Assembly (NCBI GenBank): GCA_963663405.2
Contig: CAXXSM010000144.1
Coordinates: 1-64,000 of the forward strand
Origin: a bacterium
Lineage (GTDB): Bacteria; Hinthialibacterota; Hinthialibacteria; Hinthialibacterales; Hinthialibacteraceae
Direction: 5' to 3'
DNA: 64,000 nt
Shown here: positions 21,407-31,562 of the stretch, in pieces
Layout: each line of letters starts with the position of its first letter
Numbering within the stretch: position 1 is the first letter of the stretch
Translations under genes and position numbers: made by a program
The notes under the pieces: model-generated
The model's database searches: none
Told to the model about the DNA's origin: nothing
What the model saw: the letters and a program-made list of their open reading frames with translations, nothing else

Positions 21407-22647
21407 CTACCGCCCCGCCTTCCCCTCCGGCAAAGGCATCGTCTCTCTCAAATCCATCGCAATTTCCTCCGGCGTCTCCAGCGCCTTTAATTGTGGGCAC
21501 CAATCGTACGGATACCGCTTCGGGCGCATGATTTTATAATTGAAAATAAATTCCCACACAATTTTTTCCAAACTTTTTTACTTCGAACACGCGGCCGGTT
21601 GTGGAAGATACGATCATCGTATTGCCATTGCGCAATCGTTGTTGTGTGCCCGCTAATGGATTGAAGAAGGTGAGATCGGATTGATTGTGGGTTCCATACG
21701 ACCAGACAATTTTTTTAGTCATGGGATCGATCTCGAGCACGTAGGTATGTCCAGCATGATTAATGTCACTGCAGGCGATGCCGTTATCATATACTAAAAT
21801 ATTCCCCGCGCCCGGCAGATCCGGTTCGATCAATCGCGCTTCGTGTGGATGCGCCAATCCGCCATTGTAATCTCCCCGGTAAACTCCATACGATCGCCTT
21901 TGTTTCTTTATCAATCAGGTAGATCGTATTCAAATTGCGAACGCAGATGAGAATATTCCCCGGTTTAAACCGCTGGTCTCCCTGCTCATACCATCGGTTC
22001 GATGGGATCGACTGAACCGAATTAAAGTGAGTCCAATCGTTCAGTTCATCAACGGGTGAATAATGATTCACATCCAAATGTTCGCACGCGCGCCATTCCC
22101 ACACGATTTCCCCCTGACGATTCACTTCACACACTCGATCTCCCTTAATTTTTAATTTCCGCCGTTGGGGATTCTCAATCCGGGCTTTATATTTTTCTGG
22201 GATGAATTCGTTACATATAAATAGTGTATTTCCATTTTCGAGCCGTTGGAAATCATGATGGGGTCCGACGGGAAAATCCAATTCCCAAACGAGATTCCCA
22301 TCCCAATCCACTTCGATCAACCGGTTTCGGCCTTGGAATGTATCATCCGGTGGATCAACCTTGTCCCAGGAATACATCAATACAAGGTTCCCATTCTGAA
22401 GCAGCTGCATCCGGTCGTAGCCTTGAACGTTTTTCCAAAGATGAACGATATTCCCATTCATGTCCATCACCATGGGATACCGCCACTGCCCTTGATAGAA
22501 TGCGAGAAGATACCCATTCGCGCATTCTTCAGGTGAGTATATCGTCACCCCGGTTGGATAGACACTAGGCAGAGAAACCGCCTGTTGCCCCAAAGCGGTT
22601 AATATCAAAAAACATATTCCCATAACAGCGGTCTTATACATCTCCAT
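21407..22647 (-). CDS. Arylsulfate sulfotransferase (ASST)-like protein, copy 1, frameshifted
   Basis: PSVYPTGVTIY, HHDFQRLENGNTL, DWTHFNS, HPHEARLI, NILVYDNG, QRLRNGNT; tail RPKRYPYDWCPQL...GKAGR* (TAG 21407-21409). Confidence 0.82.
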
Positions 22648-22770
22648 GACCTTCCTATAACGCCTATGTACGAGTATTCGTTAGCGGCTTATGTTTCCTC
22701 TTTTTTAGTAGCATAATGGTATGAAAGAGCTGCGCGAAGGATTCGCGTCTGACAACATTGGAGTCTCTGT

Positions 22771-24058
22771 ATGCGGCGCCCAGAAATTCATCGAATTAAT
22801 TTGTTTGATCCGTTTCTTCACTCATTATCATATCCTATTGCCGTAGTGATCGGCATTCTTCTCATAACATGTTGTGGGGAACCGAATAATATCAATACCG
22901 AAGCGAACTTTCCCGATCCCAATTTCCGCACAGGAGTCGAAGAATTCATGCAAATCGCCCCAGGGGGTGGTTTTTCCGCTCAACAAGCGGCGGCGAAAAC
23001 CGGTCTTTTGGATTGTGCGCGCCGCCACATTCGAACTCTGGCTGGACTGGAATATTTCCTCAACATTACCCGTCTGAATTGCAGTGAGAATTATCAATTG
23101 CGTGAACTCGATCTTTCCCATAACACCGCATTGATCGAACTCGATTGCAGTTGGGGAATCCTTCAACGCCTTGATCTCTCGCACAATCCACTCCTGACTG
23201 TAGTGAACTGTGAACGGAACTGGCTGACTTCGCTCGATCTCTCTCACAATCCGGAACTCATTCGCCTCAATTGCCGGGGAAACGCTCTTACGGCGCTTGA
23301 TACAAAAAACAATCCAGAATTGACTTGGCTCGATTGCAGTTGGAATCAACTCCGCACACTCGATTTCTCTGACAATCCTCAGTTGTCTTCTTTATATTGC
23401 CAATACAATAACCTGATCGATCTAAATCTCTTGCAAAACCAGAACATGTCCACCCTCTATTTCGGCCGGAACGGATTGACCCAATTGAAAGTCTCCTTAA
23501 ACGCGTATTGGATGGAACTGAACGGATTGAATAATGCGAAAACTGACATCCATCGCGGGGGATGTTCTCTATGCCTGTGATTTCGATCGGGAGGGGAATC
23601 CGCAGGGATGGTTGGGAAATACAGAGTTATCTTCTCTCACTGTATCGAATGGCCGGCTTCAAACACGCGTTCAAGGCGCCAATCCATTACTTCACTGCGC
23701 CGGTCTCGCGATCCCCTCTGAATCACTGCGTGTCGCGCTTATCACACTCTCCACTTCACAAACAGGAGAAATAGAAATCCATTTCAAAACGAAAGACCGG
23801 GATGTATACGCGGGAAATATTGTCTGCCGGACAACAAAAACAAGAACCCGCTATCTCTTTCTCTACAGCTGTTTGGAAACGGGCGAAATCGTGGAAGAGA
23901 TTCACATCGTACCATCGCAAGAAGCAGGCTGTTCAATTATAATCGACTCGATTCAACTAATCGGTCTACGTGACGCGAAGGATGTTCTTCAAGACGTCTC
24001 TCATCCTGTCATGGACAAAGCCTACGAGGAAGCGCTGCGGTCGTATGGGTATTGGTAG
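22771..24058 (+). CDS. LRR lipoprotein with C-terminal beta-sandwich domain, copy 1 (frameshift near 23540)
   Basis: LLITCC lipobox-like; FPDPNFR LRR cap; 21-aa repeats LxxLDCSxNxLxxLDLS. ORF 23534-24058 matches the C-terminus of the 25507 paralogue. Confidence 0.8.
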
Positions 24059-24095
24059 TGAATGAGCGCTGATAAGGGGGAATTGATTAGAGAAT

Positions 24096-25339
24096 TCACT
24101 CCGCCGCTTTCCCCACTGGAGCGGGCATCGCATTTCGTAAATCAACAGGCGTCTCAACAGGCGCCCCTAGCGCCTGCAATTGCGGACACCAGTCGTAAGG
24201 GTACCGCTTCGGTCTTAACGGTTTATACGCGGGAACGAATTCCCATACAGTCTCCCCTTGCGGCGTCACTTCGAAAATACGTTCATCCGCCGAAACGACA
24301 ATAACGGTGTTACCGTTTTTTAACCGTTGTTCCGATCCCGCGAAAGCCGAAAAAAAACGAAAAACTGGCTCGTTCCGAACCATACGACCAGGCAATTTCA
24401 TCCATTACCGGATCGACTTCCAATACATATGAATGTCCCGCATGTTGAATGTCACGGTACGAAATGCCATTATCAAAAACCAGGATATTGCCCGCCCCCG
24501 GAAAACCGAGTGGAATCATTCTCGCTTCGTGTTGATGGGCGAATCCACCCCGAAAATCGCCTGAATACTCCCAAACAATATTTTTTGTTTCTTTATCGAT
24601 TAAGAAGATCGTATTCAAGTTCCGTGTGCTAATCAGTACGTTTCCCGGTTTGAAACGAGTATCCCCATTTTTGATACCAGGGATTTTCTGGAATGGCTTG
24701 TAGAGAATTTAGATGCGTCCAATCGGTCAAACCCTCCGATGGCGTGTAGTGATTCAAGTCCAGATGTTTGTATGAATGCCATTCCCATACTGTTTTACCC
24801 TCATTGTCGATTTCAAAGATTAGGGCGGCTTGTATATTCTCGTGATTTCGCCGTTTGGGATCTGTGATTTTGGCTTTGTATTCATCTGGAACCGATTCAT
24901 TGAAATTGATCAATGTATTCCCATTGTCTAATCTCTGAAAATCATGATGAGGCGTGCGTTCCGTATTATATTCCCATACTTTTTCCCCGTCCCAATTCAA
25001 CTCGATCAAACGGTTTGTTTCATTTCGGATTCGGTCTCTCGGTTCTGTTCCACTGCTGCCTGTGCAGAATGTCAGTAAATTACCGTTCCGCAACAGCTGC
25101 GCCCGGTCGAACGCGCGAACCGTGTCCCAAATATGAACGATTCGTCCGTTCATGTCCATCAAGGCGGGATAGTATTCCTTATACAGCAACAAGGTATATC
25201 CATTGCCACATTTTTCTGGTTGATAAATTGTCACACCTTTTGGATAGACAGCCGGTTTGGACATCACCAAACGAGGCCCTTCCATCAACAACACCAATAG
25301 CAATCCAATTCCAAAGAAACTGATTGACTTCGATCGCAT
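24096..25339 (-). CDS. Arylsulfate sulfotransferase (ASST)-like protein, copy 2, frameshifted
   Basis: PAVYPKGVTIY, HHDFQRLDNGNTL, DWTHLNS, HQHEARMI, NILVFDNG, QRLKNGNT, RPKRYPYDWCPQL. Confidence 0.82.
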
Positions 25340-25506
25340 ACTATCACCTTTCGCATCGTTTATGATCTTGAAAAAAATCACGTTGCGTGTTTTCGCGTAA
25401 CCAACGCGCCCCTTCGAAGCGAGTCCATTCAATAGGATAATAGAATCGCGGGACTACGCGAAGGATCAGAGATAATCCCGCCTTATTTTAAAACGGGAGT
25501 GGAGGA

Positions 25507-26670
25507 ATGATTGTATTCTTTGAACGTAAAATACGCAGGCGGCAAATGACACTCTCATCCAGTTTGAATTGGATGGGACTCTTTTTCCTTCTTTTGCTTG
25601 CGGTCTTTTCTTGCGATGAATCGGGAAACATTAATACACCAGAATATTTTCCCGATCCGAATTTCCGCGCGGCGGTTGAAGAATATATGGGGATTGAGTC
25701 AGATGGAGTCTTTACCGCGGAGCAAGCCGCCGAAAAAACGGAACCGTTCGACTGCAGCCGACGTTTTATCGAGAACCTGACGGGTATCGAATATTTCACC
25801 AGCCTGACGCATCTTAACTGCAGCCATAACTATCAACTTCGTCAACTCGATCTCACAAAGAATAAAAATTTGATCGGATTGAACTGCAGTTGGTCTTTAC
25901 TTCGGACACTCGATCTCTCCCCGAACACAGAACTGGTTAATCTCGATTGCAGTCAAAATTCACTGCAAACACTCGATTTTTCATCTAATTCCGAATTGTC
26001 GCGCTTATACTGTCAATACAATCAGCTGGTCGATGTAAATCTGTTGAAAAACCATCTTCTTTCGATTCTCTATATCGGCTCGAATCCACTGAAAGAATTA
26101 AAACTCTCCCCAAACGCATTTTTAAAACAAATCAACGCTTTTGATCTTCCACTTACTTCCGTCAGCGGTCATGTTGTCTACCAATGTGATTTCAACCGGG
26201 ACGGAGATATGAAAGGCTGGAAACCGAATGAACAGATGACTCCGCCAAAAGTCGCGTATGGAAGGCTCCAAGCGCGCGCCACTGATGAAGATCCGATCCT
26301 AACCCGTTCTGGATTGAATCTACCTGCGCAAAACCTGCGGGCTGTTATCGTCAATCTCTTCACCAACCAACCCTCCCACGCCGAAATCTTCTTTATTACC
26401 AAGAAAAACAGGTTTTTTAAAATCGGCCGCCGATATTTCGAAGGCGCCGGAACAAAAACAATCGTTTTCTTTCTCTATAAAAAGTTTCGAAAAGGGGAAA
26501 TCTTGAAAGCGATCCGCATCGATCCCACCTACCAGCCCGGCGCTCAATTCGCTCTCTATTCAATTCAATTAATCGCATCCAACGCCAATGGGGCGATTCC
26601 GGAAACAGATGAATTGAATGATGTGGATTCGCCGCAGATGGAAACCCTGAAAACACATCAATACTGGTAA
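25507..26670 (+). CDS. LRR lipoprotein with C-terminal beta-sandwich domain, copy 2 (intact)
   Basis: VFSC lipobox-like, FPDPNFR, LRRs, CDFNRDGDMKGW...IRIDP. Confidence 0.85.
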   Translation: MIVFFERKIRRRQMTLSSSLNWMGLFFLLLLAVFSCDESGNINTPEYFPDPNFRAAVEEYMGIESDGVFTAEQAAEKTEPFDCSRRFIENLTGIEYFTSLTHLNCSHNYQLRQLDLTKNKNLIGLNCSWSLLRTLDLSPNTELVNLDCSQNSLQTLDFSSNSELSRLYCQYNQLVDVNLLKNHLLSILYIGSNPLKELKLSPNAFLKQINAFDLPLTSVSGHVVYQCDFNRDGDMKGWKPNEQMTPPKVAYGRLQARATDEDPILTRSGLNLPAQNLRAVIVNLFTNQPSHAEIFFITKKNRFFKIGRRYFEGAGTKTIVFFLYKKFRKGEILKAIRIDPTYQPGAQFALYSIQLIASNANGAIPETDELNDVDSPQMETLKTHQYW

Positions 26671-26688
26671 TCCCACTGGACTCGACAA

Positions 26689-27159
26689 ATGAAACAAACG
26701 ATTGTCATTCTTCTCAGCGGCTTAACCGCCGCCGCTATTATCATTTACCTTTTTACCAACGTCTTCATTTCGGACGAAACGAGAGTTCTTCGCACAATCG
26801 AACGAGGCCGGCAGGCGGTAATCGATGGCTCGATTCTTACACTTTCCGGCCTCCTAACGCCTACATACCAAGATAGCAGTGGGATGGATCGATCGATGGT
26901 CTTGGCGGCGCTGCGCCGTTTCTTCCAAGAAACCGCAAACCGTCAAGTGAATGTGCATGATATTTCGGTTCAGATCTCCGGTGAACGAGCCGATGTCCAC
27001 ATCGAATTTACGTTGCGAACTGGAGAAAAAAACACCGCGAGTCTGCAATCGTCTTCACTGAATGCAGTCTCATATTCAATACGAGCCGTACTCATAAAGG
27101 AAGATGGAAATTGGCTGATCGATCGAACCGTACATGAAGAAAAACAAATCAAAATTTAA
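26689..27159 (+). CDS. Membrane-anchored NTF2/SnoaL-like protein
   Basis: N-terminal TM; Y.DSSG; V.ISGERADV; L.KEDGNWLI. Confidence 0.65.
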   Translation: MKQTIVILLSGLTAAAIIIYLFTNVFISDETRVLRTIERGRQAVIDGSILTLSGLLTPTYQDSSGMDRSMVLAALRRFFQETANRQVNVHDISVQISGERADVHIEFTLRTGEKNTASLQSSSLNAVSYSIRAVLIKEDGNWLIDRTVHEEKQIKI

Positions 27160-27232
27160 TGACCGGACTGGTTTTTTTCTTCATTTTGTGGCAGGATAAG
27201 GAACGAAAATAAGATAAACAGGAACGAACGCT

Positions 27233-27559
27233 TTGAGTTATAAATTGGATGTTCAATACGAATCGGCCTTGTACGTCAGCTTAAGCGGAGCCATCGACGC
27301 CGTTTCTTCCGAAGAGTTTTCAAACGGTCTCATCGAAAAAATTGACCGCGCTTCGGAAACATTGATTGTCATTGATCTGGAGGGATTGGAATTTCTGAAC
27401 AGCATGGGATTGGGCGCGATTATCCGCGTCTGGAACGCTGTCGATGTACAAGGGAAGAAAATTCGTATTCTGGCCAGCCGCCGCATTGCTGAGGTGTTTC
27501 GCGTCTCCCACATCGACACTCTAATCGAACTCCATGTCATGGACACTCCCGAAGAATAA
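27233..27559 (+). CDS. STAS-domain anti-sigma-factor antagonist
   Basis: LSGAIDA, IVIDLEGLEFLNSMGLG with the conserved Ser. Confidence 0.85.
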   Translation: MSYKLDVQYESALYVSLSGAIDAVSSEEFSNGLIEKIDRASETLIVIDLEGLEFLNSMGLGAIIRVWNAVDVQGKKIRILASRRIAEVFRVSHIDTLIELHVMDTPEE

Positions 27560-27565
27560 TCATTT

Positions 27566-27813
27566 TATATGAAAATGAGTCGCGGGAGAAATCTCGAACG
27601 AGTAAATCTAAGAAACTCATTTTTATATAAACCCGCATGATTGAAATCACAACTGCAAATGAAAATGAGTCGCGGAAGAGATTGCAAGTGAGATAGTTAT
27701 CTAAACTCATTTTCATATAAACTATCATGATTTGAGATCACAACGTGCAAATGAAAATGAGTTGCGGGAGCAAATTCGAACGAGAAAGCTTTAGGAACTC
27801 ATTTTCATATAAA
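27566..27813. repeat. Three tandem ~90-92-bp palindromic units
   Basis: Units start at 27569, 27659 and 27751. Each reads ATGAAAATGAGT-N~34-ACTCATTTTCAT (one mismatch in unit 1), followed by a conserved linker. Confidence 0.85.
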
Positions 27814-27826
27814 AGAGCGTATATTT

Positions 27827-29815
27827 ATGAATCAAGTGAAAGAGTCACAATCCTCTCAACAAACCATTCAAGACCTCTCAATACATAACAATATAGTCAA
27901 CGTCTCAATTCTGCCTTTTTTTATTCTGGGCTGGTGGGGATGTTTTATTTTGTATCCACAATGGTATCTCCCTGGACGTGAAGACTTGCGTTTTTATTTT
28001 TGCGCTTTGTTATTTCTGATTTTGACCGTCTGCGCCTGGATTCTTCACTCTTTGATCAACGAGCGCCGGTATGAGGGTGTACAAATTGACACTGGACAAC
28101 CGGACCAATTCTTCTTTCTTATTCTTTTTGCCATTGCGTCTGTCTTGCATCTTCCCTTTCTCGGACTCCCAATTATTTCCGGCCTGGATACGATCGACCA
28201 CGCCGCGATTCCCGCGGTCGTCGCTTCGCGCCTCGTTAAAACAATCTCGGCGGCTGTTGGTTTTTCCGTACAGCCGTTCTTAACCGCGCTGGCAATCGTA
28301 ATTCTGGGCGCTTTCCTTTGGCCCCAATGCCGGGCGCGGATATTGGATGTATGGCGAACCATCGCCTCATGGATCAGTCTCCATCTCTGGTTTTCCCTCG
28401 CCATTCTAGCGGGGGTAACCGCTGCCTACGCGTGGGTATTGATCCAATTCACTATTCCGGAACGATTCGGTGATCTCTCACTGATTTTCCGGTATCCACC
28501 GCTCTCGAAATTGATCCTGATTCCTTTCTATATCCTATTCGGTTTGCAAGAATGGATCGGCCGCGTTATACAGATCGCCTTTTCATATGGGGGCGCTGTA
28601 TATCTCTACCGGTTGACCGGATTGTTCGCTCCCCAATCCGCCGCTCGCGCCGCGGCCATTCTCTTTGTTTTTCTGCCTCCTGTCTTTCACTATGGGAATA
28701 CCCACATGATCGAAGGCGGCACATTGTTCTTTGTCGCAGCCTCTTTTTATTACCTGATTCGCTCATTGGAAAGCGATGGGGCAGGTGATCTGATCAAAGG
28801 GATCGTATTCTGCGCGTTTGGGTGTCTCTATAAACATCCGGTGGTAAGTGTGATTCCCGCTTTCGCGCTCATGACCGTCTATGATTTTTTCTTTCCTAAA
28901 GGCACTAAGCCCATTCGGCCGTTTTGGGCGCCGGTTAAAGGCTTGATTATCCCAGCGGTGACGGTATTGGTATACATGAAATTGTCGTCATTCAATAGTG
29001 ATGTCCCATCCGATCTTTTTTTCCCCACATTTGAGCGGATGGCCGCCAACCTGCGCGCGGTGGCGCTGGGGGTTACTCTCCCTATCGCGCTTTCCTTTTT
29101 AGGGGGGATGATCTACTTGGCGTTCTGGCGCCGGGACCGGTTGTTCTGGTTTCTACTTAGTTGGATAGGAACGCATTTTATTTTGAGTTGTATGTCAGAT
29201 GTATACGCCAACGTGCGTCAATCACTGCCCTACTATGTAGGCGCCATTGTGGCGGCGTCCATTTTCATTGACGCGATGGCGGATATGTGTGGTAATAGAA
29301 AAAAGTTGATATTATATGGAATCCTGCCCGTTTGGCTGCTTTGGGCCTGCCTTTTGATGAACCGCGTCCAAGACATTCACCTCATCGGCAGGGCGATGGG
29401 AGACCGTTCCTATGTGAATCTGACCAATTGGAAAGATTCCTATATCCCGTATGACGCGATCATTCAAGATTTAAAAGAAACCACCGCGCCCGGTGATACG
29501 ATCTACGCGCCAATGGCTAATGAGCCGGTCAAATTTTACATAGAAAAATATGATTTCCATGATCGCCGTTACATCCGGGATGAGTGGGGGCCCATCAATC
29601 ATTCTACACCTGGATTGCTGATTGAATTTTGCCTGCGAAACGAGGTGGATTGGCTTTTATTGCCACGAGGCAAGTGGCTGATTAATTATGGGAATCTTGG
29701 ATTGGTTGAATCTCTTTTTCAATTCCCCCCCGAACGTTTTCAACCAGTCAAAGATTATACTTTCGGGAATACGAAAGTTCGATTGTGGAAGATCAAGCGC
29801 CTTTTCTTACCATAA
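27827..29815 (+). CDS. GT-C (ArnT/PMT, GT39-like) polytopic membrane glycosyltransferase
   Basis: More than 10 hydrophobic segments; RYPPL; ...CLYKHP. Confidence 0.7.
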   Translation: MNQVKESQSSQQTIQDLSIHNNIVNVSILPFFILGWWGCFILYPQWYLPGREDLRFYFCALLFLILTVCAWILHSLINERRYEGVQIDTGQPDQFFFLILFAIASVLHLPFLGLPIISGLDTIDHAAIPAVVASRLVKTISAAVGFSVQPFLTALAIVILGAFLWPQCRARILDVWRTIASWISLHLWFSLAILAGVTAAYAWVLIQFTIPERFGDLSLIFRYPPLSKLILIPFYILFGLQEWIGRVIQIAFSYGGAVYLYRLTGLFAPQSAARAAAILFVFLPPVFHYGNTHMIEGGTLFFVAASFYYLIRSLESDGAGDLIKGIVFCAFGCLYKHPVVSVIPAFALMTVYDFFFPKGTKPIRPFWAPVKGLIIPAVTVLVYMKLSSFNSDVPSDLFFPTFERMAANLRAVALGVTLPIALSFLGGMIYLAFWRRDRLFWFLLSWIGTHFILSCMSDVYANVRQSLPYYVGAIVAASIFIDAMADMCGNRKKLILYGILPVWLLWACLLMNRVQDIHLIGRAMGDRSYVNLTNWKDSYIPYDAIIQDLKETTAPGDTIYAPMANEPVKFYIEKYDFHDRRYIRDEWGPINHSTPGLLIEFCLRNEVDWLLLPRGKWLINYGNLGLVESLFQFPPERFQPVKDYTFGNTKVRLWKIKRLFLP

Positions 29816-29865
29816 GAATCATTGTTGAATCAAAAAACGGCCAAAACACTCTCATTGAATCACGT

Positions 29866-29892
29866 AAAAAAGGCGGCCAAAATGACCGCCTT
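29866..29892 (-). terminator. Rho-independent terminator of the 29929-31257 gene
   Basis: Hairpin aaggcggcca-aaa-tgaccgcctt with an A-tract on the left, which is a U-tract on the minus strand. Confidence 0.65.
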
Positions 29893-29928
29893 AATTGTAC
29901 CTCGTTTTAATTGATTCGCTGTGATGAA

Positions 29929-31257
29929 TTATTTATCGTAACCCAACGCTGGACAGTAGAAAGATCCTTCATTCAGCTCGATGGTTTCATCAATCGTTTC
30001 GCTCTCAGGGGTGTCAAAGATTGGCTGGATAAATTCCGTATGAGTCGTGACTTCGATGAATGAAACGATTCTCATTCCGAGCGCGGTCATCTCATCGGTA
30101 TTCTCAATGGCCAGATCGCTGAAACCAAAGAAACGCTTTTGAACATCAGTCATCCCAGTCATCAAGAGCAGGATATTCTGCGCCAATGAATTGGTGAACT
30201 CGCCGACGGTTGTCCCTTCAAAATCAATCGAAGCGTCTGTGGCGCCACTCAAGTTCACCAGCAAACCGAATATATAATCCTCCACATCCGTCACTTCCGG
30301 AACCGGTAAAAGTTCAGAGCGGATCAATCCACGTGTGGGAATTGGAGTTACCTCAGTGTTCTGATCGGGATTCTCTTCTCCTTCGCCGGGTTTGTCTTGG
30401 ATGCGTTCATTGATCATCTCAATTTGCTCGACGATGGTCGCCGCCAAATCAGAGCTGTATTCCGCCAAAGTTTTGTTCATTATTTCTTCGACACTATCGG
30501 GCATTGGGATCCGCCGTGTATCGTCAGTGGTTTGCGCTTCTTCCACCCGAATCAGAACTTCGAAGTTCTCAATCGCTGTCTCTTCCCAGGAGCGTTGATA
30601 CACGAGTTTAATACTCGTCTCACCCACGGATATCGCCTGGAAGTAATAAGACCGCACTCCGCCACTTCCAATCAGTTCAGTGTTCCCAATGACGAAATCC
30701 GTATTTTGAAGAGCAACCACCTGTTCATCCACGGATACGAGTTCCCACAGGTAGCCCGTGCTGGGATTCTCGGACAGTTGAATCACGATCGATGCCCCTG
30801 GATTGACGCCAAACGCTTCGCCATTGGTTCCCATTCGTTGATCGATGTACAATGTGTTCGCATTGATATTATCAACATCGATCCCAATGCACACATCCGG
30901 ATCGTAAGGGAAAGGAAATTCCGTATCTGTTTCCCCATCTGTTGGACTGGGTATGAAATCCGGTTCTTCCGGGAGAGGAACTTCAACATCAACTAAATCA
31001 ATTCCAATGAACTCATTCGGATCGTAAGGAAAAGGAAATTCCGTATCCGGTTTTGTCTCTCCATCCGGCAGAGAGGGCATGATGTCTGGACGATCGGGGA
31101 GAGGACTATCTATATCTTTCGCTCCGGAATCTGGATTGACTACATCCACTACGACCGCATTGCCTTCCGAAACGCTGATTCCTTGCGCCATGCTCGATTG
31201 AACTAGGCAAGCCAGCGCCGCAAATACAGTTATCGTTCGAATCATTGATTTACACAT
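29929..31257 (-). CDS. Secreted acidic protein with a chagasin (I42 protease inhibitor) domain
   Basis: Signal peptide MCKSMIRT; LSENPSTGYLW, IGSGG, YQRSWE (I42 motifs); a duplicated ~35-aa acidic segment containing DTEFPFPYDP. Confidence 0.8.
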   Translation of the reverse strand: MCKSMIRTITVFAALACLVQSSMAQGISVSEGNAVVVDVVNPDSGAKDIDSPLPDRPDIMPSLPDGETKPDTEFPFPYDPNEFIGIDLVDVEVPLPEEPDFIPSPTDGETDTEFPFPYDPDVCIGIDVDNINANTLYIDQRMGTNGEAFGVNPGASIVIQLSENPSTGYLWELVSVDEQVVALQNTDFVIGNTELIGSGGVRSYYFQAISVGETSIKLVYQRSWEETAIENFEVLIRVEEAQTTDDTRRIPMPDSVEEIMNKTLAEYSSDLAATIVEQIEMINERIQDKPGEGEENPDQNTEVTPIPTRGLIRSELLPVPEVTDVEDYIFGLLVNLSGATDASIDFEGTTVGEFTNSLAQNILLLMTGMTDVQKRFFGFSDLAIENTDEMTALGMRIVSFIEVTTHTEFIQPIFDTPESETIDETIELNEGSFYCPALGYDK

Positions 31258-31484
31258 TATTCTGGATCTCCTATAGTGTAATACTGGTTTTAATACCGGT
31301 TTTTCTTTGATTGTGTAGTGATTCCTGCGAGATCTCACGTCCAACACCTACACATATGTATATTCGATGAATGATCATATCTTTCAAAAAATGTTTAATG
31401 GGAAGGAGAATAATTGATAAGCGTCAATGGGGATTTTTTCTGATCCTTGTTATAAAAACCGTAGTGGAATGCGAGCAATCGCAC

Positions 31485-31514
31485 AAAAAAAGGGCCCGGA
31501 TTTAATCCGGGCCC
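31485..31514 (-). terminator. Rho-independent terminator
   Basis: Perfect hairpin gggcccggat-tta-atccgggccc plus an A7 tract; downstream of the large minus-strand gene. Confidence 0.85.
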
Positions 31515-31562
31515 AGTGTCATTCATGTTAATGGATTCAGCGCATCGAATTCCCGTGTGCGC

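Noticed and set aside
27566-27813. CRISPR array
   Set aside because: The spacer-like cores are homologous to each other, the conserved part is about 60 bp, and no cas genes are in the window.
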